Notes: generated from the letters alone by a model not told the origin. A stretch of DNA of 64,000 nucleotides from Mobula hypostoma (GCF_963921235.1 NC_086097.1:247692001-247756000), one strand, 5' to 3'. Shown: positions 24,821 to 38,140, counted from the stretch's first letter. Translations and numbers: made by a program.

Positions 24821-25360
24821 AAAGATCAAAGTGAATTTAGTATCAAAGTATTTTTGTGAGCATTCACACTAAATACAGAGAATCAAAATATAAGCAATGA
24901 AAAACTACACACAATAGAAACGGACAAACAACCAGCATGCAAAAGACAACAAACAGTGCAAAATAATAACAATAAATAAATCATCAATCAATAAATACTG
25001 AGAACATGAGATGGAGAGTCCTTGAAAGTGAGTCCACAGGTTGTGGGGACATTTCAGTGATGAGGCAAGAGAAGTTGAGTGAAGTTATCCCTTCTGGTTC
25101 AGGAGCCTGATGGTTGAGGGGTAATAGCTGTTCCTGATCCTGGTGGTGTGAGTCTTGAGGCTCTTCTACCTCCTTCCCAATGGCAGCAGAGAGAAGAGAG
25201 CATGGTCTGGATGGTGGGGGTCCTTGATGATGGATGTTGTTTTCCTGTGACAGTGCTCTTTGCAGATGTGCTCAAAGGTGTGGAGGGCTTTACCCGTGAT
25301 AGACTGGGCTGTATCCACTACTTTTTGTAGGCTTTTCCATCTCAAAACATGGGTGCTTCC
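24820..25360 (-). mobile_element. Rex1/Babar 3' end
   Basis: LQKVVDTAQSITG...IIKDPHHPDHALFSLLPLGRR. Confidence 0.8.
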
Positions 25361-25982
25361 TGTCACTCTGTTCCTCCACACTGCAAAGAATCTTGCCATT
25401 AACCCTGTAGTCTGCCTTCAAGGGAGAGAGAGAGCCTATGGTATGTCAAATACCGGGTGAACATGTAGTCTTTGGAGTACTGCAAGTCTGTGTCTTCGCT
25501 GCTGCTTTGGCTGCACGCTTGAGTGCCTGGTGTCAGGTGCTGATGCTTTTTTTTGCCGGTGGGGGGAGGGGGGATCGTTGCTCACTGCTGCTTGCATGTG
25601 GGAGGGAGGGGAGCTGGGGGGGGTGCTTTGGGGTGCCAACATTTAACTGTCATTCATTCTTTGGGACACTGCTCTGTTTTCGTGGATGGTTGCGAAGAGA
25701 AAGCAATTCAGGATGTATATTGTATACAGTTCTCTGACATTAAATTGTACCTTTGAAACCTTTGAAATTCAGCTTTCTAATGTGAATCACTTCCACTCTT
25801 TTTCCAGATTTTAACAGAAAATCTTGCTGGCTAGGCCCACTCTCAAACATACATTTCTGAATCACGTTCCTGCTATACAAAGCACCACATTGTATTTCGT
25901 ATCTACCATCTCTAAGCTGATGTCACATTCAAAGAAAATGATATAGAAAGTAAGCAGAGGAACAAACAGGAAAGTTGACATT

Positions 25983-26554
25983 TCGGGCTGAGATCCTTCA
26001 CCAGCCTCAGGCAGGGACCTTTCATCAGCCCTGAGTTGGGACCCTACCTCATTCTCGGGCTGGGACCCTTCGTCAGCCTCGGGCCAGGACCCTTCATCTG
26101 TCTCAGGCCTAGACCCTTTGTCTTGGACTGGGATCCTTTGTCAGCTTCAGGCTAGGACCCTTCATCTGTCTCAGGCCTAGAAGCTTCACCAGTCTTAGGT
26201 CGTGAACTTTCATCAGCCTCAAGCCGGAACTCTTTGTCAGCCTCGGGCCAGGACACTTCGTCTGTCTTGTGCCAGGACTCTTTTTCGGCCTCAGTCTGGG
26301 ATCCTCCATCAGTCACAGGCCTAGAAGCTTCATCAGTCTTAGGCCATGACCGTTCATCAGCCTTGAGGCGGAACTCTCTGTCAGCTTCAGACTGGAACCC
26401 TTCATCTGTCTCATGCCGGGACCCTTCACCAGCCTCGGGCCTAGACTCTTCGTCAGCCTCAGGCAGAGACCCTTCATCTGTCTCTGGCTGGGACCTTTTG
26501 TCTGCCTTGGGCCAGGGCCCTTCATCAGCTTTGGGCCAGGACCCTTCTTCGTCA
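25983..26554. repeat. Minisatellite, 24 units of about 24 bp (consensus TCGGGCCGGGACCCTTCATCAGCC)
   Basis: Units delimited by hand; unit 6 is 20 bp. The unit is the reverse complement of the Penelope hammerhead 5' core. Confidence 0.9.
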
Positions 26555-26678
26555 TGCTTGGCCTGAAACGTTGACTATTTATTCCTCTCCATAGATGCTG
26601 CCGGACCTGCTGAGTTTTTTCAGCATTTTGTACGTGTTGCCCTGCATTTCCAGCATTTGCAGAACCTCTCATGTTTAT
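26555..26678 (+). mobile_element. Penelope 3' terminus
   Basis: GGCCTGAAACGTTGACT...GATGCTGCC...CCAGCATTTGCAGA. Confidence 0.8.
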
Positions 26679-27099
26679 GACCTTCGTTACTGTTCACATG
26701 CATTAGCAACACTGGAGTTTATGCTTTGGCTCCAGGCTGTTTTTAAGCCTGAACGCCTTTTGCAGTCAGATCAATAACAAGTGCCGTTAACAGCAATGTC
26801 TAATTCTATCAATATGGAACCAATTGTGTTATATTGCTTGCCCATTGATTTCACATTGCGCAAAAGTCTATCACTTAAAAAGGCTAAATTTCCTGGGCTG
26901 CCACAAACAAGTGATAAATACCTTTAAACGCTTTGTACTGCACAATTATTGTGGCTGTTAGATTCTCCACACAGTCATACCCTTTCAATCACAATATCTC
27001 CAAGATGCAAACTGATGTTAAAATAATACAATTTTTTTAATTCAATAAATTACTCATTACAAGTATAAAAAAAGTTTTTGCTAAATTTAAAAGAAGTTT

Positions 27100-27495
27100 T
27101 TTTCCCCATCCTCTTCCTCCTTCCTCTATTCCCCACTCTGGCCTCTTACCTCTTCTCACCTGCCTATTACCTCCACCTAGGTCCCCTCCTTCTTCCCTTT
27201 CTCCTACTGTCCACTCTCCTCTCCTATCAGATTCCTTCTTCTCCAGCCCTTTACCTTTCCCACCCACCTGCCTTCACCTACCACCTTCTAGTGCGCCTCC
27301 TTCCCCTCCTCCCACCTTTTCACTGTGGTTTCTTCCCCCTTCCTTCTCAGTCCTGAAGAAGATTCTTGGCCCAAAACATTGACTGTTTTTTAAATTTCCA
27401 TAGATTTTGCCTGAACTGCTCAGTTCCTCCATCATTGTGTGTGTGTTATTATGTTGCTTTGGATTTCCAGCATCTACAGACTGTCTCGTGTTTAG
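27100..27495 (+). mobile_element. Penelope 3' UTR and terminus
   Basis: Pyrimidine-rich UTR plus decayed hammerhead and terminal motif. Confidence 0.75.
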
Positions 27496-27559
27496 TTTTT
27501 GCCAAATTGCCCACAGTAAATGCTCAATGATGTTCATATTCGCAGAGCCATAGAGTCAT

Positions 27560-28092
27560 CAGACCATAAGACACAGCAGCAGAATTAGGCCGTTTGGCCC
27601 ATCGAGTCAGCTCCGCCAATCCATCATGGCTGATTTATTATCCCTCTCAACCCCATTCTTCTGCCTTCTCCCTGTAACCTTTGATGCCCTTACTAATCAA
27701 GAATCTATCAAGCTCCACTTTAAATATACCCAATGACTTGGCCTCCATAGTTGTTCATGGCAATGAATTCAACAGATACACTACCCTCTATCTAAAGAAA
27801 TTCTTCCTCATCTCAGCTCTAAGGGGATATCCTTGTACTCTGAGGCTGTGCCGTCTGGTCTTAGACTCCCCAGCTATAGGATTCCTCTCCATGTCCACTC
27901 TACCTAGGCCTTTCAACATTCGATAGGTTTCAATGAGATCCTCCTTCATTCTTCTAAACTCCAGTGAGTGCAGGCCCAGACCATCAAATGTTCCTCATAT
28001 GTTAACCCTTTCATTCCTGGGATAATTCTCGTGAACCTCCTCAGGACCGTCTCCCATGCCAGCACATCCTTTCTTAGATAAAGGGCCCAAAT
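27560..28092 (-). mobile_element. CR1 3' fragment
   Basis: Similar to the other CR1 3' ends (SLEFRRMK.DLIETY). Confidence 0.8.
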
Positions 28093-28631
28093 CCCCTCAT
28101 TACCTTATCCCCTTATTGATAGACGGATCCTGGACCAGGACCAACAGCTTCTTCCACCAGGCCATCAGACTGATTAACTCGTGCAGAATTGAGCGTATTT
28201 CTATGTTAGATCGACTGTTCTATTTATTGTAAATTATCAGAAATTACTATTATTGCACATTGCACATTTAGTAACGTAACGTAAAGATTTTTACTCCTTG
28301 ACTTGTCCTGTCCATACTGCACCAACCACTGCCGCTGGGCTATAAACGTGCAGGAGCACTGCGTGGTTAAGTGCCTTGCTCAAGGACACAACATGCTACC
28401 TCAGCTGAGGCTTAGATCACTAGTCCAACGCCTTAACCACTTGGCCATGCGCCAACACATGTATGTGTATGTATACGCCAACTCTTCATGTATGCGAAGG
28501 ATGTAAGAAATAAAGTCAATTCAATTCAAATCTGCTCACAATACTCCAATTGTGGCCTGACCAATACTTTACAAAGCCTTAGCCTTGTAGGGCTTGTCTT
28601 CATTAATTAAAGTTATTTAGGCCTCCAAGAG

Positions 28632-29053
28632 CAGGACCACAACCTTGTCATGGTTTGGAGGCTTGTGTGACTCAATGGCCTGGAGAACCATGTCGGTTGG
28701 AGTCAGGGCTTTATACTTCGGCTCTTGGTAGGGTCACCCATGCCAAACAGGTCAAAGGGTAGAGGAGAGACTAGGAGTGGTCCACCGGTCCTCCATGTTT
28801 GGGGGTTCAGCTCAGGGCTAACAACCCTGACTGGTAAAACAAAACTGTTACGGAAAGAGCAATGAAGAGCCCCACCACACCAGAGTGTGGCAGTATTCCT
28901 GAGTCTCCGTTCTGCGGGACTTGTAGGACTGACAGTGGTGGAAACTGAAAGGAAGCTATGGACATGATGAAGGAAGTCCTGAACACCACCAGAGATGGAG
29001 GACCTTCATTGTTACCCTAAATGTCAGTGGTGTACTGTAACAGGCAGTAAGTA
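28632..29053 (+). mobile_element. Bipartite non-autonomous RTE-like element (5' UTR joined to 3' tail)
   Basis: Begins ACCACAACCTTGTCATGGTTTGGAGGCTTG (RTE-type 5' end), contains GGGCTAACAACCC and ends in (GTAA)-like repeats. Confidence 0.55.
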
Positions 29054-29227
29054 GGGTTATTTAGGAGCAGTAGTGAGAATTGTCCACAAGTATAGTATTG
29101 TCAAGATGTGTAAAACTTTCAGTGCCAAGTCTGCTGGAATAAATCTTTTTAATTGTATAAATTTTGTATTGGTTGCAGCTCTACCTTTACCTCTATCTCC
29201 ATCTCTAAGCCCACTGTGCAATGCCCG

Positions 29228-30020
29228 GCATCATTTTGGTAAAAGGAACAACAGTGTGGACTATTATTTAAATGGGCAGAAAGTTCAAACATCAGCGGTG
29301 CAGAAGGACTAGGGATTTCTCATGCAAGACTCCCAGAAGGTTAATTTATAGGTTAGTCTGTGGTAAAGAAAGCAAGTACAATGTTGACATTTATTTCAAG
29401 GGGACTAAAATATAAAAGCAAGGCAATAATGCTGAGGCTTTATAATACACTAGTCAGGCTGTACTTAGAGTATTGTCAACGGTTTTGGGCCCCATATCTC
29501 AGAGAGGATGTGTTTTCATTGGAGAGAGTCCAGAGGAGGTTCACGGGGATGATTCCGAGAATGAAGAGGTTAACATATGAGGAGCGTCTAGCAGCTTTGG
29601 GCCTGTACTCACTGGAATTTAAAAGAATACAGGGGGATCTCATTGAAACCTACCGAATGGTGCTCCATGGATGTGAAGAGATTGTTTCCTATGGCGGGGG
29701 TATCCAGAACTAGAGGGCACAGCCTCAGAATTGAGGGGCGACCTTTTAGAACAGAGGTAAGGAGGAATTTTTTTAGCCAGAGCGTGGTCAATCTGTGGAA
29801 TCCTCTGCCACAGACTGTGGTAGAGGACAAGCCCATGGGTATACTTAAGACAGAAGTTGATCATTTTCTGATCGGTTAGGGCATCAAAGGATATTACAAG
29901 AACGCGTGTATGGGGTTGAGTGGAATCTGGGATCAGCCATGATGGAATGGCAGAGCGGATTTGATGGGCTGAATGGCCTACTCTGCTCCTATGTCTTAGG
30001 GTCTTATATCTTCTTATACT
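29228..30020 (+). mobile_element. CR1 3' fragment (subfamily C)
   Basis: ORFs 29360-29713 and 29643-29879. Confidence 0.85.
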
Positions 30021-31122
30021 TATTGAAAATGCTGGAGGAGCTCAGCAGGCCAGCCAGCATCTATGGAAATGAGTACAGTCGAAGTTTTGGACTGAGATAC
30101 TTCATCAGGAATAGAAAAAAAAGACGAAGAGTCAAAGTAAGAAAGTGGGGGAAGGGGAGGAAGAACCACAAGGTGATTGGTGAAACTGGGGGTGGGGGGG
30201 GGGTGGGTGAAGTAAAGAGCTGGGAAGTAGATTGGTGAAAGAGAAAACGTTCCCAGGAAGGATATATGGCAGTGGTAACGGGTCTAGATGAGCACCTGGT
30301 CGAAGAGTCGGAGGGCAGCAGAGACCACAGAGTGGGAACAGTGAGAGAGAGTTTCACTGAACTCCCATCAAAGGGAAGATTTAAACTTCTTCAGGGTAGG
30401 CATCCTTGGAAGAGACTTTGCGGTGTAGTAGTCCAATCACAAACAAGAGCATCTGCAGATTTTCTCTTGGATGTTATTGTTGTGTACCTGAGTAATCCTG
30501 TGGATATATGGTTTGTTTGGGTAATCCTGCTTATTTCAAAAATTCATTACAGGTTATATGTATAAATACGTAAACTGCACACGTCATCACACTATCGCGT
30601 GATACGTGCACCCCTCACTTAAAGTAAACACAAAGTTAGGCTCATATTTCAGACTCCCGTGTCTTCCTTTTGAATGAGTTTAATGTTCTGAAGTTACAGA
30701 ATGTTACACTTACCAGTATTTTATAGAAGGATGAGGAGGAATTTCTTTAGGCAGAGTGTAGAAAATCTATGGAATTCCTCACTACAGATGGCTATGGAAG
30801 CCACGCCACTGGGTATATTAAACTGGTGGTTGATAGGTTCTTGATTAGTCAGGGCGTCAAAGGTTATGGTGAGAAGACTGGGGTCGAGAGGGATAATAAA
30901 TCAGCCAATGAAGTGGCGGAACAGACTCGACGGGCTGAATGGCCTAATTCTACTCCTATGTGTTCTGGTCTTAAGGTCTTAAACGTCTGAGGAATTTACT
31001 AGGCTATATCAAACTGCTGTATCACCTTTACAGGAAAAGCAGTGATTTACACTGTACATTCAAAAACAAATTTAAAAAAAACTAAACCCACACAGCAAAT
31101 ATCAAGAACATGAAGAAAAGTC

Positions 31123-31680
31123 AATAGACAATAGACAACAGGTGCAGGAGTAGGCCATTCGGCCCTTCGAGCCAGCACCGCCATTCACTGTGATCATGGC
31201 TGATCATCCACAATCAGTATCCAGTTCCTGCCTTATCCCCATAACCTTTGATTCCACTATCTTTAAGAGCTCTATCCATCTCTTTCTTGAAAGCATCCAG
31301 AGACTTGGCCTCCACAGCCTTCTGGGGCAGAGCATTCCATACATCCACCACTCTCTGGGTGAAAACATTTTTCCTCAACTCCGTTCTAAATGGCTTACCC
31401 CTTATTCTTAAACTGTGGCCTCTGGTTCTGGACTCACCCATCAGCGAGAACATGCTTCCTGCCTCCAGCGTATCCAATCTCTTAATAATCTTATATGTTT
31501 CAATCAGATCCCCTCTCATCCTTCTAAATTCCAGTGTATACAAGCCCAGTCGCTCCAATCTTTCAATATATGACAGTCCCACCATCCTGGGAATTAACCT
31601 TGTGAACCTACGCTGCATTCCCTCAATAGCAAGAATGTCCTTCCTCAAATTTGGAGACCAAAACTGCACACAATACTCAA
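31123..31680 (-). mobile_element. CR1 subfamily A 3' fragment
   Basis: ORF 31214-31669. Confidence 0.9.
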
Positions 31681-32366
31681 TACTCTTAAGAGGTTAAGAG
31701 AATATAGAAGTTTTTGAAAATTTTATTCTTTGTACACCACTGCAACTAATGCCATCGATTTCTCCAGTCTAGCAGAAGCAAAGATAAAATGCTGATAGAT
31801 ATCACAAACAGAGGAGGGTGAAGTCCTAATTTGGAGGCCCAATGTCTGTGAGTCTAAGAGACCAGGTTCAAATTCTGAAGGCTTGGAGGTAACCAGTCCT
31901 GGGATGGAGGTCTGCCCCTGAGTTTGAGTGGGCAGGTGGATAGGAGGATGGGAGAGAGGCTTCTTTTGATGCTCTGTATGACCATAAGGCATAGGAACAG
32001 AAGTAGGCCATGTCTGTAAACTGCAATGGAGTAATAACACAAAGAATTGCACTCCTTCACATTCTGGGATGGATGTAAGATTGAAATAAATTCTAAATTC
32101 TAAATACTAAATAAGGAGCCCAAAATTGATCACAATACTCTCGGTGAGGTCTCACCAGTGTCTTACATTCTTTTTGAATCAAACCCACAAGCTCTGGAGT
32201 AACTGCTACAGCACTTGTTTTCCATTCCCCATTCTGGCCACTCTTCTCTCCTCCTCACCTGCCCATCACCACCACTTCCCTCTCCTTCTTCTTCAGCCCT
32301 TTACCTCTTCCACCTTACTTCATCTCCCCTTCCCCCTCACCTTGTCTCATCTGTCACCTTCTAGCT

Positions 32367-35300
32367 CAGGATTTCTCAACTGGGGTTCCGTGAAAGGTCG
32401 CTAGGAGTTCCATGCGAGATCGTGATTTTAAAAAAGACATTGTTTTTTGAACTCAGTGGAATGCGCGATGCTAGCACTCGCTGCGATGGCCAGTGACCGG
32501 GCAGCCCCGTTAGCAATCTCGTTAGGGATCTCTCAGTCCAGTACGGCAGTGCGCAGTAAGACCGGGTTTATTCTCAGTTCTTGACGTGAGATGGGAGGGC
32601 CGTTGGTCATTGCTGTTTTGCACGGAGGGGAGGACTGTAGGCCGATGAGGAGCACGAAGAGCGTTCTCAAAGTATTTAATGGTCTCACCCAACTTGCGCT
32701 GTGACATCAGCCTCCCCCTGCCAAATTACCTCCCCCAACTTCCCCTTACGTGCTGCCGACTGACTTATGGGAGCCGGCAAACTCTACTGGGTATAGGAGA
32801 ATACTGGGGGGAAATTTTCACTCGAAAGAAGAAATTTTTACGCTCTATGACTCAACTGTTGGTGTGCCGCTTTGCAAACTTAAACATTAAAAACGTTGTA
32901 AAAGGTGGGTTGTGTAGGTTAGAAGTGAATTGTATTGTGAAGTTTTCATTTTTTGCAATTTTCGCATTTAGTTATTTATTATGCCGTTCTTATTATGCAG
33001 CAACAGACACACAAAAAAGTCCGTCTTTACAATGAAAGCTGATAATCAATGGGTTTTACATGGACTAGTGATCCAAATTGTCTTCTTCCACTGTGCCTAG
33101 TCTGCAGCTAACAACATACAAATGCAAAGAAACTTAACTACAAATCACAGCCATATGACACATAAAAGTGCTGATTATTTTAAACGGCTATTGGAATCTC
33201 AACAGAGTAAAACTTTTGTTAATAAAGTCATAGTCAGTAAAAAGATTCAGGAAGCACATTATTAAGTAGCAGAACTTATTACCCAGAAAAGGAAATGTCA
33301 TACAGTTAGTGAGAACCTAATGACGCCATCATGTAAAATTATAGTGGGTAAAATGCAGATGCAGTACTATAAATTGAAAAGGTTTCAGTCTCAAACAGTA
33401 CGATAAGTCGATATATTGATGACATGTCACATAATGCTGAACAGGTTTCGTGTGATAAACTGAAAAACACCTTCTCTATCCAGGTTCATAAGTCAACAGC
33501 TTTCATTAATAAATGTCATGTTGTAGCATTTGTAAGATTGTAAATGATGGTGAAATTCAAAACTTTTTCCATTGCAATCAGCTGCCCGAAACAAGCGAAG
33601 GCCAAGATATGTTTAATGTTTAGTCTTTGTGCCTGGAAACAAAAGTTCTGTCTTGGAGGAACTGTGTAGGCAGCTGTACTGATGGTGCCCCACCAATAGT
33701 TGGCTCCGTGAGAGGTTTTGTTTCTCTTGTAAAAAAAGAAATCCTGACATTGTCACAAAACACTGCTTCAACATTGCAAATACATTTTCATAGAACACAG
33801 AACATAGAACATAGAATAGTACAACACATTACAGGCCCTTCGGCCCACAATGTTGTGCCGACCCTCAAACCCTGCCTCCCATATAAGCCCCCACCTTAAA
33901 TTCCTCCATATACCTGTCTAGTAGTCTCTTAAACTTCACTAGTGTATCTGCCTCCACCACTGACTCAGGCAGCGCATTCCACGCACCAACCACTCTCTGA
34001 GTAAAAAACCTTCCTCTAATATCCCCCTTGAACTTCCCACCCCTTACCTTAAAGTCATGTCCTCTTGTATTGAGCAGTGGTGCCCTGGGGAAGAGGTGCT
34101 GGCTATCCACTCTATCTATTCCTCTTATTATCTGGTACACCTCTATCATATCTCCTCTCTTCCTCCTTCTCTCCAAAGAGTTAAGTCCTAGCTCCCTTAA
34201 TCTCTGATCATAATGCATACTCTCTAAACCAGGCAGCATCCTGGTAAATCTCCTCTGTACCCTTTCCAATGCTTCCACATCCTTCCTATAGTGAGGCGAT
34301 CAGAACTGGACACAGTACTCCAAGTGTGGCCTAACCAGAGTTTTATAGAGCTGCATCATTACATCGCAACTCTTAAACTCTATCCCTCGATTTATGAAAG
34401 CTAACACCCCATAAGCTTTATTAACTACCCTATCCACCTGTGAGGCAACTTTCAGGGACCTGTGAACATGTACCCCCAGATCCCTCTGCTCCTCCACACA
34501 ACCAAGTATCCTGCCATTTACTTTGTACTCTGCCTTGGAGTTTGTCCTTCCAAAGTGTACCAACTCACACTTCTCCAGGTTGAACTCCATCTGCCACTTC
34601 TCAGCCCACTTCTGCATCCTATCAATGTCTCTCTGCAATCTTTGACAATCCTCTATACAACACCACCAACCTTCCTGTCGTCTGCAAACTTGCCAACCCA
34701 CCCTTCTACCCCCACATCCAGGTCGTTAATAAAAATCTCGAAAAGTAGAGGTCCCAGAACAGATCCTTGTGGGACACCACTAGTCACAATCCTCCAATCT
34801 GAATGTACTCCCTCCACCACCACCCTCTGCCTTCTGCAGGCAAGCCAATTCTGAATCCGCCTGGCCAAACTTCCCTGGATCCCATGCCTTCTGACTTTCT
34901 GAATAAGCCTATCGTGTGGAACTTTGTCAAATGCCTTACTAAAATCTATATAGATCACATCTACTGCACTACCCTCATCTATATGCCTGGTCACCTCCTC
35001 AAAGAACTCTATCAGGCTTGTTAAGACACGATTTGCCCTTCACAAAGCCATGCTGACTGTCCCTGATCAGACCGTGATTCTCTAAATGCCCATAGATCCT
35101 ATCTCTAAGTATCTTTTCCAACAGCTTTCCCACCACAGATGTAAGGCTCACTGGTCTATAATTTTCATGTTGTAAATACCATTAATTAAAATCAACTTAC
35201 AACCTTTATTCAAATTAAACCTATGGAGCCTACCTTTAGAAAAATTAAATCCCATTTTGGCTTCAGCCAGTTATTTAATAGAAAGTGTTAAGTTTGCTTT

Positions 35301-35513
35301 ATGAGTTTTAATTTTTTTTTCAAGAAAGGTTGGCTAAACATTCATTCTCCACTCAAAAGAGCATTGACAATTATTTTTGGAATATATCAACAATTTACTG
35401 ATTGCGCTAACATACCGTGAGCTGTAGATATAATAAATTTTACACAGTGGTTCCCAGAGACCTGAAAATTATTTATAGGGTTCCTCCAGGGCAAAAAGGG
35501 TTGAGAAAGGCTG
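32367..35513 (+). mobile_element. hAT (Charlie/Buster-type) DNA transposon with decayed transposase; 8-bp TSD TTCTAGCT
   Basis: TIRs CAGGATTTCTCAAC ... GTTGAGAAAGGCTG; TSD at 32359-32366 and 35514-35521; peptides PLCLVC, VAELITQKRKCHTVSENL, SNSTISRYIDDMS, CTDGAP. Confidence 0.9.
33792..35160 (-). mobile_element. CR1 subfamily B nested in the hAT; TSD ATTTTCAT
   Basis: ORFs 33865-34994 ([22 protein letters not shown]); ATTTTCAT at 33784-33791 and 35161-35168. Confidence 0.92.
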
Positions 35514-35680
35514 TTCTAGCTTGCACTCCTTCGCCTCCCTCCACCCTTCATTCTGCCTTCTCCCCCTTTATTTTCAGTCCTGATGAAAGGTCTCAGCCCG
35601 AAACATTGACTGTTTATTCCTCTCTATAGATACTGCCTGACCTGCTGAGTTCCTCCAACATTTTGTATGTGTTTAACAGC
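35514..35680 (+). mobile_element. Penelope 3' end (continues 32210-32366) with hammerhead motif at 35575-35612
   Basis: CAGTC-CTGATGA-AAGGTCTCAGCCC-GAAA-CATT-GACTG. Confidence 0.78.
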
Positions 35681-37014
35681 TACACTGCCCTAGCCATTCC
35701 AGTGTATCTCTTCGTCAGACCAAGAATCAAGGGTAATTTGCTTTCACTATGGTTTTATGGGTTCTTCTACTGCACCACCTTTGTTAATATAGATCATAGT
35801 AGTTAGCATAATGCTTTACAGTGCCTGTGATCGACAATCTATGTTCAATTCCCACTGCTGCCTGTAAAGAGTTTGCACATGGGCTAATTTCGAAGTAAAT
35901 TTATTAGCAAAGTACTTCCATGTCACTGCATACTACCTCGAGATTCATTTTCTTGTGGGCATTCACACTAGAACAGAGAAACATAAAGAGGAAATAAAAC
36001 CACACACAAACACTGACAAACAACCAATATGCAAAAGAAGACAAACTGAGCAAATGCAAATTAAATAAATAAATAAATAATACAGAGAACATGAGTTGTA
36101 GAATCCTTGGAAGTGAGTCTGTAGGTTGTGGTATCAGTTCAGAGTTGGAGTGAGTGATGCTGAGTAGCATCATAACGTGACTCTATTATAACTCTGTGTG
36201 TTTCAATGTATCTGTAACAAATAAAACTGATCTTTAATCTTACACACTGTAAAAGACTGACCACTTTCCACATTCAGAAACAATCACTCAATGATGTGGA
36301 GTCCACATCGATGATGATGGAACTTGCCAATATCTTCAATGCACTAGCACACCCTGAGGAAAAAGGATATCAGAAGAGCAGGTTCTTGGGCCAAACACAC
36401 GGCTTACATGGCAGCAAAGTTCCCTGCCATCCCATGTGTTCCTGAGACCTGGATACACCAGGCACTGCAACTACCATTCCTTTAATATACTCAACAGTGC
36501 AGATGGACAAGACTCCCATTGTTTATTGGATGCACTTTTAGAAAGTTGCTCCCCCTTTATTAATGTCAAATTAAATTAGAACCTCAGCTTGTTATCCACA
36601 AGTCTAGCTCATATTTGCACAAGTTCATTGTCTTTAACCATGCACATGGATATAGCTACATGAAATATTGTTCCTCCAGGGCCAAGGTGAAAAACATAGA
36701 ACAGGCTGTTCAGTCATACAAAACAAACAGTACAGACAGTACAGTCATACAAAGCACACAGTACAGACAGTTCAGTCGTATGAAGCACAGACAGATATGG
36801 TAGCATAATAACAAAATGATATTAGAACAGGTCTCTGAGTGACATGGCCTGAAGATTGATGGTGCATGGGATGTTATCTTGGAGCCATGTTTAGAACATA
36901 GACAATAATTTTCATAAAACATATTAGGATATCAGAAGTAGGTTTTTTGTGGGCCTTCAATAATCTCTCTCTCTCTCTCTCTCTCAGTTCCTTAAGGTTT
37001 TAATAGACAGGTCT

Positions 37015-37560
37015 GGTGGTCAGGATAAGCTCCCACCAGCTAGTAAATGCTCCCAATGGCGTGCATCTCAAATAGCCTCTAACAGCTCCTGGCTTTCACA
37101 TATGGCTTTGCAACCAAGCCTGACAAAACTGTTTCTACTGACAGGGGAAGAAGCAAAGACGGGTTACTGGCGCCTTAAAACCAGTCGCTTCAGGCAGCTG
37201 GGGCTCATCAGCTGTGGTTGACAGCTCATCCAGGAGAAGGAGAACTCTGATTTCAAACCTCTGCTGCTTATTCCCATTCCTGGGGAAGCTCTTTGGCAGT
37301 AAACTCTGAGGGAAAAATGCAGAGCTGGAGTCCCTAAGGCAGTCCTATGTTGAATTCAACGCTGACTAGCAACTCCTACAACGCTGCTGGTACCAAACTG
37401 TATCAATCTCTACCGTCCTTTGGCATCATTAGATATGTATGGGGGGGTTGTGAAGAGCTGCATGGGCAACAGCTTGTTCTCCATATTGTACAGCCTGGGC
37501 TTGCATATCTGAACAACTCAGACCCAGCATCCCTGGTCAACACTGACTGACAAAGACCTC
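37015..37560 (+). mobile_element. Non-coding interspersed repeat (probably RTE-derived); second copy about 52320-52720
   Basis: Shared blocks, e.g. GAGCTGGAGTCCCTAAGGCAGTCCTA, in both copies. Confidence 0.55.
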
Positions 37561-37769
37561 TCTCTCCACTAGGTCAGCAATTAGATGCTGAAACTTCATA
37601 CTGTTTCACAATTTGCCCTGGTAGAGTGAATTGTAAAATAATATGCAATTTCATTATTTCACAATAATAATAAAATTGCATGCTTTCACAATATACCATA
37701 CCATTTGTGAAATAATATGCAGTTTCATTATTATTGGTATTGCACAATAATAATTTTTATCACCGTCAT

Positions 37770-38140
37770 CATTAAGTGCTGTGTCATTTAACACGGGTGA
37801 TCACAGTCTTTCCATGACCATGATTGTTCTTGAAAATTTCTTCCTACAGACCACAATGGTGGTTTGCCATTGCCTTCTTCCAGACAGTGTCTTCACTAGG
37901 CGGGTGACCCTGGCCACTATCAATACTCATCACTGGTTGCATAAGCAGGACTTGGGATATGCACCAGCCGCTCATACGACTGTCCACCACCTGATCCCAT
38001 GGCTTCACGTGACCCTGATCGGGGGTGGGGCTGGTGCTGAGTGGGTGCTACACCTCGCCCAAGGGTGACCTGCAGACCAGTGGACGGAAGGAGCATCTTA
38101 CACCTCCTTTGGTAGAGATGTAACTCCACCCTGTCATCTA
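37770..38140 (-). mobile_element. SINE-like repeat with RTE-like tail; second copy about 61450-61795 (+)
   Basis: Shared GGTCACCCTTGGGC(A/G)AGGTGTAGCA and 3' tail motifs. Confidence 0.55.

Noticed and set aside
25983..26554. CRISPR-like appearance, and repetitive ORFs 26109-26672
   Set aside because: The units are contiguous with no unique spacers, there are no cas genes and the context is eukaryotic. The ORFs arise because 24 is a multiple of 3.
30478..30708. Possible solo LTR (TGT...ACA with a TATA-like motif)
   Set aside because: No matching TSD and no second copy in the window.
33010..33790. ZBED5/FAM200-like host gene
   Set aside because: It has many stops and frameshifts and lies inside a TIR- and TSD-bounded hAT element.
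36260..36450. Candidate small exon (AG acceptor-like sites on both strands)
   Set aside because: No recognisable peptide and no convincing donor site.
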